Assembly: GCA_002269645.1 (NCBI GenBank)
Contig: NIVC01000340.1
Coordinates: 1-64,000, forward strand
DNA: 64,000 nucleotides
From: Macrostomum lignano
Taxonomy: Eukaryota
Direction of reading: 5' to 3'
In this document: positions 1 to 8,635 of the stretch, piece by piece
How positions within the stretch are numbered: the stretch's first letter is position 1
Layout: every line of letters begins with the position of its first letter
The notes under the pieces: generated by a model
What the model was told of the DNA's origin: nothing
The model's database searches: none
The model's input: only the letters and a program-made list of their open reading frames with translations
Made by a program: the position numbers and the translations under genes

Positions 1-602
1 ATCTACCTGTGAGCAAGAAGAAGCAAATGAACAAAGCCTGCAGAATTCAAGCCAGGTGACACCTGCCAAGTCACCTGCAAAGCGTCGGTTCTACCACCAC
101 CGTATCGAAGAAGTCGACTACATCGAATGCAGCGCCAGCCTCTATTGAACCGCCGCCCTAAAAAGCAAGTTCGAAAAACGCAGCGTGCAAAACAGCAAAA
201 CAATTCTGCCGAAGCTGGTGCAGATGGCACAGACTGGGTGGAGGCTCCACCAGCAAAGATCTTGGTGAGTACACCTGCTCTGGAACCAGGGTAGCGTCAA
301 GGAGACAGCATTTTAAAGCGTGCTGCTGCGGACGCTACTTACAGCTAGCGTGTCTTCATCGGACGACTCGTACAGCAGCTCTGATGATGAGTAACAAAAT
401 TTTTGACTAATTTTATCCAAGTTTTAACTAACTTATTCCACTATATTTATCAAATTTTGGCTAGGGAAATATTATTTTTTAGGGAAAAGCTCAAAACATT
501 TTTGCTACTCCTTGTACGCTAACCAGGTTTTGTAATTTAATATTAGAATTTACGATAGTATAGTCATGTTTAACTTTTCTTATTATTTATTTTCCGTTTT
601 AG

Positions 603-1160
603 CGACTTGTCCTATTAATAGTTACTGCGAGTCTGAAGCTGCACCCGTTTGAAAAATTTGATTTAAAGCAGACCAAACAGAAGCTACAGACCAGAAACCG
701 GTTTTGCAAACTATTCCTAAGCCGACCAACAATGCTAAAGACAATTTATTCAAATGCTAAAATCCAACTTTATCCAGCAGGAAAACTAACTATATATGGC
801 TGTAAATCAAATTCTCAGATAGTCTCAGTTTTACGATTTATCAACGACACTATTAATTGTGTAGATTTTGATTCAGTAAAAATTCAGAGCAGTACCTATG
901 TCGGCTTTATTGGTCATCTTTGGCCAAAATTCGGTTTCTCTAGTCTAAAAAGATATGCAGGCTACTATTCGAATTATCTGGTTGGATACGATGCAGAAAA
1001 TTTCCCACAAGCAGTTTCTGTTAGATCAGCATCAAAACCAAGGCTTTTTTGTAACATATTTTTTTCGAAAAAGTTTGTTATTATGGGCGTTCAAAACACT
1101 CATGAATTGAATAATATTCTTAACCATGTCAAGGATTTTTTAATCTCTGTTAATAACTAA
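603..1160 (+). CDS. Divergent TATA-binding-protein (TBP)-like protein, complete two-repeat core; the frame is open from 603, and a possible upstream exon lies at 127-264
   Basis: LIVTASL..KFDLKQ, KIQLYPAGKLTIYGCKS, KIQSSTY and YDAENFPQ..KPRLFCNIFFSKKFVIMG..ELNNILNHVKDFL align in order with TBP NIVSTVNL..KLDLK, ALIFSSGKMVCTGAKS, KIQNMVG and YEPELFPG..KPRIVLLIFVSGKVVLTG. An acceptor-like TTTTCCGTTTTAG ends at 602. Confidence 0.75.
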   Translation, partial: RLVLLIVTASLKLHPFEKFDLKQTKQKLQTRNRFCKLFLSRPTMLKTIYSNAKIQLYPAGKLTIYGCKSNSQIVSVLRFINDTINCVDFDSVKIQSSTYVGFIGHLWPKFGFSSLKRYAGYYSNYLVGYDAENFPQAVSVRSASKPRLFCNIFFSKKFVIMGVQNTHELNNILNHVKDFLISVNN

Positions 1161-1381
1161 ACTTAACAAGTAAACAATTGCTGTCAAATCGCAGTTGCGA
1201 TGCATTCTTTTACAAACATTTTGTCTTTTTTTATTTATTTACCAATTGTTTTCTCTAATAGTAAACGTGTCAGCTATACCTATAACTAACCAAATCATCT
1301 TTTCTTACAGCCGCAAATGACAAACCGGATCATCTATTAATATTATGCTCGATACGCTCGTTGTCGAGCTAGGTGCACACA

Positions 1382-2095
1382 ATGCCGCGTGCACAATGCC
1401 AAATCTGCAGAAAAAAGTTCAGTAATCAAGCCGAGCTGCATGCTCACTCGCATGGTGCTTGTTTTTCACCGCAACGATTACTGACCGGATCGCTGCAAAA
1501 CCTGATCGAAAACCCACCAGATGGGTGGTCCATCGCTTTGCGCGAGTCAGCTCATCGTGGTCGGGTAAATTTTGTCGAATTTACTCCCACTCTTGAACAA
1601 CAAGGCAACAGCTCTGGCGAGTTACTTCCTGGCGAGTTGATTGCGTCTTTAAGAGAACCAATATTTAAAATATTGGAAAAAATTGGCTCACCCAGTTTAT
1701 TAATAAGAGTCTGCTTTCACTTGAAAGTGACACTATTTCGACCGAAAACAGCAGCAGACGACAACGATGGCTCGAGCAGCGAAGAGATCATTTCGGTCTA
1801 TTTTAATACCAACATTGCGACAATATCATTTGATGAGACGATTGCAAACAGTGACATGCTGTTATCTCCCGAGGCCTACAATGACTGGTTCGCACGCGTT
1901 ATTAATCAGTTGTTAATAAAAATTGACAATTTTCAATCTCGAGGTAGTAATTGGCAATATAGAGCAATCGAGCAGCTAGACTTGATGCTCTGCGTTTATC
2001 GCAAAAGCCATGCAAGCACACTGTCAACAAATACGTCCCACGGTGGTGTGGGGGCGGGCGGCGGCAGTGGTGGTGGTGGCGGCGGTGGTGGTGGT

Positions 2096-2127
<32 letters not shown>

Positions 2128-2455
2128 GCGCGGGGAGTCCGGTCCAGTCCGGTCCGGTCCAGTCCGGTCCGGTCTGGTTAAGCAGCAATCGTTTAAAGTT
2201 CCAGTCTCAATCGGTCGCAAAGCTGGAGCAGTACTGCTTCTAAAGCCGCACAGAGCAGTTTAAAGCATCAAGACTATTTAAGAGTCTTACACAAGCGACA
2301 ACTTGTGTTTTCGCGCATACAGTCCATTCGTTCTCGAAAACAGAAAGTTTTTTTTGATGCAACAAAGAAAACTTGCACTAAGCTTCTTCGATACGAAGCG
2401 ATCCTGGACAAGTTCAATTAATTCGCTACCCTTTGGACACTGGCACTTGGCTAAT
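1382..2455 (+). pseudogene. Zinc-finger protein with the N-terminal signature of Polinton pPolB (GSxW ... DNxCF), disrupted and truncated
   Basis: N-terminal CQIC..F.....L..H finger; KIDNFQSRGSNW motif; in-frame DNLCF at 2297-2311 reached only after stops at 2261 and 2279; Gly/GGC run at about 2041-2130; no exonuclease or polymerase motifs follow. Confidence 0.5.
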
Positions 2456-2750
2456 TAATTAACAATATGCTCTGATCTCTTTTGTTGTACAAAGTAATAG
2501 CATGCTATAGAAGACTGTAACCCATCATTAATTTTTTCATTGATCATTATTTACAATAAATAAATGATACCGGCATTCGTTTAAATTATAATTTTAGCAC
2601 TTTTTTGTGTTTAATTATTTGAAAAAGTATATTTTTTATAGTTAGATTCTCAAGACTAAGCTTGTGTTTGTAGTAGACGTAAATGTAGTGCTATCGTTCA
2701 TGTTTCAAGAAAAAAAACTTTTTTTTAAACTTTCAGCTACAAGAATCGAC

Positions 2751-3233
2751 ATGAATCCCGAGCAGCAGCAGCAACAACAACTAACTGATCGTAAGCTTTT
2801 AGTTGAACGTCTATACGATTCGGCAACGATTCCGACCCGAAAAACTGTCGGGTCGATCGGGTATGATCTTTGCGCTGGCGTCGATGGTACCATTCCGGCC
2901 TACGAGTCCCGGAGTGTGCGAACCGGACTCAAAATTCGCTTACCGCCTGGTACCTATGGCAGGATAGCGGGACGTTCCAGCATGGCTCTGCACAGCTTAT
3001 TTGTTGGCGGTGGCGTAATCGACCCCGACTATACTGGTGAAATCTGTATAGTCTTGTTTAATTACAGTCCGGAAGACTTTGAGTACTATGCCGGGCTCAG
3101 TATTGCACAACTGGTTCTGGAGCAGGCCGTGCTTGCTTCAGTCTATGTGACTGAAGCAGACAATTCGATTCGGATGATTGAGCCGCCGACCAAGCGGCGC
3201 GGCTTTGGCGGCTTTGGCAGCACTGGCCAATAA
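2751..3233 (+). CDS. dut: Trimeric dUTPase (Maverick cargo)
   Basis: All five motifs present: GSIGYDL, GRIAGRSS, GVIDPDYTGEI, IAQLV, RGFGGFGSTG. ATG at 2751 lies 14 nt after an acceptor-like TTTCAG. Confidence 0.97.
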   Translation: MNPEQQQQQQLTDRKLLVERLYDSATIPTRKTVGSIGYDLCAGVDGTIPAYESRSVRTGLKIRLPPGTYGRIAGRSSMALHSLFVGGGVIDPDYTGEICIVLFNYSPEDFEYYAGLSIAQLVLEQAVLASVYVTEADNSIRMIEPPTKRRGFGGFGSTGQ

Positions 3234-3324
3234 GTATAATAATAATAATAAACTGATTTTTTTCTTTGGTGATTGGTGCACTATGCGAGAGCTTTGTAAA
3301 TACTATAAGCAATTTTAAAAATTT

Positions 3325-3768
3325 ATGCCTAAAATATATGTTGTAAAAATGTCTCCAGCGAAAGATCGAGGTTTTAAAAAGAAAAAGAAGAGCATTCGTA
3401 AAAAGAAGAAATCTATTAGAAAGATTAATAAAAAGCAACAAGGTTATGGTGTCGTAAATTGGTTAATTAATCATTTACCATTTGAAGCACATTTACCCGG
3501 CGGATATCAGTTTTGTGGTCCAGGTACGCAACTGCAAGCTAGGCTAGCAAAAGGACAACGAGGAATTAATCGGCTTGACAATTTGTGCATGCTTCACGAC
3601 GTGGCCTATGATAAAAATTCTGACGTGCAAGAGAGGTTAAAAGCTGATAAGCTATTAGAATCTGGTGCACGAGAGATTGCCCACGATCCGTCTACTGGTT
3701 GGAAAGAAAAACTAGCTGCGAAGTTGGTTACCAAGGTTATGCAAGTTAAGCAACGCTTTGGTGCTTGA
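3325..3768 (+). CDS. Parvovirus-type phospholipase A2 domain protein with basic N-terminus (adintovirus PLA2X-like)
   Basis: HLPGGYQFCGPGT calcium loop, LDNLCMLHDVAY catalytic HD, RLKAD Asp; Lys-rich N-terminal arm. Confidence 0.9.
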   Translation: MPKIYVVKMSPAKDRGFKKKKKSIRKKKKSIRKINKKQQGYGVVNWLINHLPFEAHLPGGYQFCGPGTQLQARLAKGQRGINRLDNLCMLHDVAYDKNSDVQERLKADKLLESGAREIAHDPSTGWKEKLAAKLVTKVMQVKQRFGA

Positions 3769-3770
3769 AA

Positions 3771-4460
3771 ATGCAGCAGCCATACAATATGCAACTAGCT
3801 CACGATTCTACATTTATTATTGCTGGACCTTCAAACTCGGGTAAAACTGAATGGACGTTGCGTTTGTTGACTGAACGAAAAGAATTATTTGATAAAAAAC
3901 CGTGCCGTCTTGTTTGGTGCCATGGATCAAGTTTGAAACCAGACGATCAACAACGAATTAGAACATGCTGGCAAAAAAGCGGTCTTGACCCTATTGTTTT
4001 TGTACCCGAATTCACACCACAGATGATTAATCGTTTTTTACCACACGATTTGGTTGTTGTTGACGACTTGCAAAGCGAGATTGCTAAGTTGCCAGAATTT
4101 ACTAGTATGTTTACAAAGCATGCGCATCATATCCCTTTGACTTGTCTGTACCTTTGTCAAGGTCTTTTTAACAAGTCTGATCCAGAAGCACGCATGCGAA
4201 GTTTATCAGCTAGTTATATTTGTCTAACTCGTAGTGTGCGCGATCGAACCACAGTTGAACATCTCGGTCGACAAATGTATCCGCGTAATAGTAGGTTTCT
4301 AGTGAATGTGTATGAAGACGCAACAAATAACAAACCTTTTTCATATTTATTCATTGACCTGCGGCAAGTGACACCAGATTTTTTACGATTGAGAACAGGA
4401 ATATTTTCTGGTGATGAACAAGTTGTCTATACTCGTGAATGTGATGCAAAGTTTGTGTAA
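3771..4460 (+). CDS. A32/FtsK-like genome-packaging ATPase
   Basis: Walker A GPSNSGKT, Walker B LVVVDDL, HHxxxTCLYLCQ motif, C-terminal PFSYLFIDL..RLRTGIF typical of Maverick ATPases. Confidence 0.93.
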   Translation: MQQPYNMQLAHDSTFIIAGPSNSGKTEWTLRLLTERKELFDKKPCRLVWCHGSSLKPDDQQRIRTCWQKSGLDPIVFVPEFTPQMINRFLPHDLVVVDDLQSEIAKLPEFTSMFTKHAHHIPLTCLYLCQGLFNKSDPEARMRSLSASYICLTRSVRDRTTVEHLGRQMYPRNSRFLVNVYEDATNNKPFSYLFIDLRQVTPDFLRLRTGIFSGDEQVVYTRECDAKFV

Positions 4461-4517
4461 TATTATTATAAGCAAATTATAAACTGTTGTCAATATTAGT
4501 TTGTGTTTTATTTCAAA

Positions 4518-5507
4518 ATGAGTTTTTACGTTTTTTTGCCGTCAAACGATATCAGTTACGAAACCAACTCGCCTAATGAATTTCGAGTGCGACTAACTGA
4601 ACCAATAAATTTATTGAACGGATTCTTCGAGGTTGCACTAGTTGAATTACTGTGCCATGGAGCAATTACGACGCCAAATGCTCATCGTGAGCGTCGATTT
4701 GAAGTTCCATATTTTGCGGACATTGACTCAATAATACGATTAAAGAAAAACTATTGGGGTCGTGTTTGGGCAGAGGCAGACTTGGATGCTTACGTTTCCT
4801 GGCAACCGTCTGGTACAGATGAAAAATTTGCCTGGCTTTTACGAAATTCAGGCGAAAAAACTATTGGATTAGAACTACCAGTTACATTTATGGACGCTTT
4901 CAAATTTGACTCTTGGAAGAAACTTTCTGGACTTGTCTCGGAAAAATTATCAAAACCTGCCGCTGGTAGTGTACAACCACCGGATGGTTCATACTTGGAT
5001 TTGATAAAAAGTCTCGACAATACTCTAGCGCTAGTACCTGAGAACTATTATGTTTTTTATTGTGTTCTATCGCCTGGTGAAGCTATACGACTTGTTTCGC
5101 ATGGAGACTATCTTCGAAAAACGGAAGGAGAAGTGTACATCAAAGTACACCAATATTGGTTGAGAAATCGTGTTTGGCGCATTAACAAAACCTACTTGGA
5201 TGCTGTGCTACCTTCTCCGATGCCTAGTAAAACGGTTTACATGTACTGTTACACAGATATAATCGAGTATCAAGCAGTGGGAAGTACATCAGTACCGTTG
5301 CTTCGAGTTGTGGAACTCCAACAAAAGAAAAACGGAGAACTTATACGCGATAGCAGTGCATTGCAAACACCCTACTACTTGAAAACAAATCGACAACAAA
5401 TTCACGAGATTTCGATTCGACTATCGGACCAGCGCGGAAAACCGTTTAATTTTGATCCGGGAGCACACGTTGTTGTCGTACTGCATTTTAAACATAGGTC
5501 GGACTAA
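4518..5507 (+). CDS. Minor capsid protein (penton, single jelly roll)
   Basis: N-terminal FYVFLPSN..N.PNEFRVRL..I.L..FEVALVE and C-terminal YCYTDIIE.Q.VG..VPLLRVV..YY..I.I.L.DQ.G..VVVLHFK match the Polinton mCP pattern. Confidence 0.85.
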   Translation: MSFYVFLPSNDISYETNSPNEFRVRLTEPINLLNGFFEVALVELLCHGAITTPNAHRERRFEVPYFADIDSIIRLKKNYWGRVWAEADLDAYVSWQPSGTDEKFAWLLRNSGEKTIGLELPVTFMDAFKFDSWKKLSGLVSEKLSKPAAGSVQPPDGSYLDLIKSLDNTLALVPENYYVFYCVLSPGEAIRLVSHGDYLRKTEGEVYIKVHQYWLRNRVWRINKTYLDAVLPSPMPSKTVYMYCYTDIIEYQAVGSTSVPLLRVVELQQKKNGELIRDSSALQTPYYLKTNRQQIHEISIRLSDQRGKPFNFDPGAHVVVVLHFKHRSD

Positions 5508-5563
5508 TTTATAAGCAAAGATTAATTGTGTAATAGAAAATTTTGTGAATTTGTTTTGTAAGA

Positions 5564-5992
5564 ATGAGCGAACTAACAGAAAAAGGAAAACAAAATGCTC
5601 GCTCATTGTGTCAGTGTGCTTTTTTACTACAAATTGTTTATCGGCTAAAGCATCCAAAGCAGAGAAAAAGTTTTTTACAAACACTTTCAGAGTCGGAGAT
5701 ACGATGTCTAGTAGACTTTCTGTTTAATATTATTAGTGGACGTATTAAAATTAGTAACTGTAACAAAAGACGACTTGAGAAGCATCGCAGATATATACGC
5801 CAGCTTTTGGAACAGAAGACTCCAATTACTGCAAAAAGGAAAATACTTGTCCAACACGGAGGATTTTTACCTTTTTTGGCTCCAATTATTGCCGCTCTAC
5901 CTGCTATAAGCACTGCGCTTGGGATAACGTCTGGAGTAGTTGGTACCGCCGCGGGAGCAGCGAATTTAATACGATCAATTCAACGAAAGTAG
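5564..5992 (+). CDS. Conserved Maverick core protein with adenovirus pX-like C-terminus
   Basis: Basic helical body, then QHGGFLPFLAPIIAALPAI..GAANL, resembling adenovirus pX (RGGILPLLIPLIAAAIGA). Confidence 0.6.
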   Translation: MSELTEKGKQNARSLCQCAFLLQIVYRLKHPKQRKSFLQTLSESEIRCLVDFLFNIISGRIKISNCNKRRLEKHRRYIRQLLEQKTPITAKRKILVQHGGFLPFLAPIIAALPAISTALGITSGVVGTAAGAANLIRSIQRK

Positions 5993-6002
5993 TAGGAATA
6001 TA

Positions 6003-6692
6003 ATGCGAACTAACGAGAGTAGTAGTTTTCAACGAATGTATCTAGTACCTGAATCTGTGTATCAATCTGCATGTCAAGGTGCAGAGCAAGGATCGTCACC
6101 AACTGCTGAGACACCTCGAAAAACTGAAGTTTTAGACGCACCGCAAGATGCTCTGGCAAAAAATATGGTGGAAATGAGAGACCAAATGGATAACTTGGAC
6201 AAGGAAATGGAAAAGGAGCCAAATTACACAGCTCAATTGAAACGAAGCAGATTGGAAGACAAACTTTTAAAATTGCGCAAAGTCTATCGCACTGGAGACG
6301 AGGACAATCTGTCACTTGTTCGCAAAGGGACTACTGTAAGAAGTTCATATGCCAGCGAATCAAGGGAAATTCCTAAAGTTTTTTTACCACGTTTCGAAGC
6401 TCTCGCTCAAAACCTATTTTCGGACATGGACAAGAATGCAGAACCAATGCTGGCTAATTTGACTGATGCCGAGATACAAGATCTCATGGAATATGTTGTT
6501 CGAGACAGACCGCTTAAGCGACACGAGACTCAACCGCCTAGTGGACTAAAAACATTTTTAGACTTTCTTCGAAAACGTGGAATCGCAGCAAACCAAATCG
6601 GGCGTCATGTACGAAACGAGCTAATGTCTGCTCCAAAAACTGTTGCAAAGGAGGATCTTAGTCTGTTTGAAAATTATCAAACACTGAATTAA
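6003..6692 (+). CDS. Uncharacterised Maverick protein
   Basis: Intact 229-aa ORF between the pX-like gene and integrase; RMYLVP N-terminus and DL..YV..PPSGLKTFLDFL..IG C-terminus resemble motifs I recall at this position in Mavericks. Confidence 0.5.
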   Translation: MRTNESSSFQRMYLVPESVYQSACQGAEQGSSPTAETPRKTEVLDAPQDALAKNMVEMRDQMDNLDKEMEKEPNYTAQLKRSRLEDKLLKLRKVYRTGDEDNLSLVRKGTTVRSSYASESREIPKVFLPRFEALAQNLFSDMDKNAEPMLANLTDAEIQDLMEYVVRDRPLKRHETQPPSGLKTFLDFLRKRGIAANQIGRHVRNELMSAPKTVAKEDLSLFENYQTLN

Positions 6693-6804
6693 GTTGTTTT
6701 AAAATTACAGATTACGTTTTAACAAAATTGATTCGAGCACTATAAGCTTTTTAAAAAGGTTAATTTTTTGTTTATGAAAAATATATAGTTTAATAAGACA
6801 AACC

Positions 6805-6993
6805 ATGTCATCTATCTTCCAAAAACTTTTGATTCGTCTCTGTGAGTTTTTTTGCATAAAATCTGAATGTGTGCCGTTTCTGGGAAAGGAGCACAACGAG
6901 GATACTGACGGAGATTCGATCGAGGCTTCGTTCTTTTGTTGCAACTGTCAAACGACTAGCATCAATCTAACTGATGATGAAGCGAGTGCGTAA
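6805..6993 (+). CDS. Small Cys-rich ORF of unknown function overlapping the integrase start
   Basis: 62 aa with an ATG start, an amphipathic Cys-containing N-terminus and a position in a compact gene row; no recognisable motif. Confidence 0.3.
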   Translation: MSSIFQKLLIRLCEFFCIKSECVPFLGKEHNEDTDGDSIEASFFCCNCQTTSINLTDDEASA

Positions 6994-8134
6994 GGAAATT
7001 GAAGAATTTTTGACGGATGCTTTTTTTAACTTGAACAGGCCTACTTCATTTAGTGGTAACAAGACTATACTTGTTCGTGAAGTACGTAAAAAGTTTCCAC
7101 AGATTACGAACAAAGTTGCAAAGCGCGAAGTTGATAATTGGGTGCGATCAACAAATGAGCATCATTTATTTCGAAAAACACGACGAAACTTTCCAACTCC
7201 AAAAATTAGTGTGCCACCAGTTGCAAAGTTTCAGTTTCAAATCGATTTGGCAGATTTACCTCAATACAAGACGGAAAATCGAGGTTATCGTTACATACTT
7301 GTTCTTATCGACTGTTTTACTAGAGTTGTACGACTAAGACCATTGCGTACAAAGAAGCCTTCAGAAGTTAGTCAAGTATTACTAGAGATTTTTCGAAGTG
7401 GTTTTAAGCCTGTTTATTTACAAGGTGATGCTGGTATGGAGTTTCTCGGAAGAGCTACACGTCAAATGCTGAAACAGGAAGGAGTTCGATTTTTTGTTAG
7501 CCAAAGCAATTACAAGGCAAGCATGGCTGAACGATTTATCCGCTCGTTAAAGGAACGTCTATTACGATACTTTCGAGCAAAAAATTTACCTCGATGGTTT
7601 GACATTTTACCGCAATTGGAAGATAATTTCAACTCTAGTCCTCATCGATCCTTGAGTGGAGAAACACCAAAACGGGTAGAGACAGACCCGCATTTACAAG
7701 GAATTTTGTGGGACAAAATGTTTGCGAAGTCGTACACTAAAAAGAATGAGAATAAATTTAAAGTTGGTGATTGGGTTAGAATTACACGACGTCGAGGAAC
7801 ATTTGAAAAAGGATACACTACGACTTGGAGTAATTCAAAATATCGCATTCATCGTGTACACTTGACAGACCCGCCAATGTACGAATTAGTGGACCCTGAA
7901 GATGGATTTGAAGTGCTGAAAGGAAGGTTTAACCAAGCGGAACTAATGTTGGTAAACGAGACAGATGAAACACCTAATGAAATTGAAAAAGTTATTGAAA
8001 CTGATCGAGCGAAAAATGGAAGTCGTCTGTATCTAGTAAAATGGAAAGGTATGCCAATCTCAAGAAGTCAGTGGTTAAACGAAAATGATCTTGACGCAAA
8101 GACTGCTAAACTATTTTCTAAAGTGTATAAGTAA
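6974..8134 (+). CDS. Retroviral-like (rve) DDE integrase with SH3-like and C-terminal chromodomain
   Basis: QIDLADL (D), LQGDAGMEF (D), KASMAERFIRSLK (E); FKVGDWVRI..FEKGY..WS; chromodomain EIEKVI..YLVKWKG....WLNENDL. Confidence 0.97.
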   Translation: MMKRVRKEIEEFLTDAFFNLNRPTSFSGNKTILVREVRKKFPQITNKVAKREVDNWVRSTNEHHLFRKTRRNFPTPKISVPPVAKFQFQIDLADLPQYKTENRGYRYILVLIDCFTRVVRLRPLRTKKPSEVSQVLLEIFRSGFKPVYLQGDAGMEFLGRATRQMLKQEGVRFFVSQSNYKASMAERFIRSLKERLLRYFRAKNLPRWFDILPQLEDNFNSSPHRSLSGETPKRVETDPHLQGILWDKMFAKSYTKKNENKFKVGDWVRITRRRGTFEKGYTTTWSNSKYRIHRVHLTDPPMYELVDPEDGFEVLKGRFNQAELMLVNETDETPNEIEKVIETDRAKNGSRLYLVKWKGMPISRSQWLNENDLDAKTAKLFSKVYK

Positions 8135-8175
8135 CACATGAATTGGGATTGCATGACGAAGAGAAGACTGTTGAA

Positions 8176-8634
8176 ATGGATCCTATTTTTGCTTTTTATT
8201 CTGGTCCGAATAGATCTGCTGAAGGTGGAGGTGGATATGGCATTCCTGTTTACGAAGGTTACGGTTTTTTGTCAAATTTGGCGGACAGATTGGTGTATCC
8301 TGTACTACGCAACGCAAAGAAAGATTTCTTGGATCGTGGTCTGGAGTATTTGAAAAGTGCGACAGCAAAAATTGGTATGGGTCGGAAGCGTCACTTGGAC
8401 ACAGAATCGAGCGAAGAGATGTTTAATACAACTGCAGTTTCGAGACCAAAGCGAAGGAAAAGAACCAGTGGAGTGGCTATAAGCTTAGGAAAGAAGAAAC
8501 GGCAAAAGAAACGACGAACAAGACAGTGTGGAAAGGGACGCGTGAACAAAAGAAAACGCAAGAAGACCGGTGGTATAGGAAAACGTCGAACTGCTACTGC
8601 AAGCAAGAAACTTTTTAGTCTGTTTGAAAAGTAG
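8176..8634 (+). CDS. Basic core-like protein (adenovirus pVII-like) upstream of MCP
   Basis: Gly-rich GGGGYG/EGYGF N-terminus followed by an amphipathic helix and a very Arg/Lys-rich C-terminal half; first ATG at 8176. Confidence 0.55.
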   Translation: MDPIFAFYSGPNRSAEGGGGYGIPVYEGYGFLSNLADRLVYPVLRNAKKDFLDRGLEYLKSATAKIGMGRKRHLDTESSEEMFNTTAVSRPKRRKRTSGVAISLGKKKRQKKRRTRQCGKGRVNKRKRKKTGGIGKRRTATASKKLFSLFEK

Positions 8635-8635
8635 C

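Noticed and set aside
1373-2455. Functional DNA polymerase B of the Maverick
   Set aside because: Only N-terminal-like motifs are present; there are no exonuclease or DxxSLYP/YxDTDS motifs before the dUTPase.
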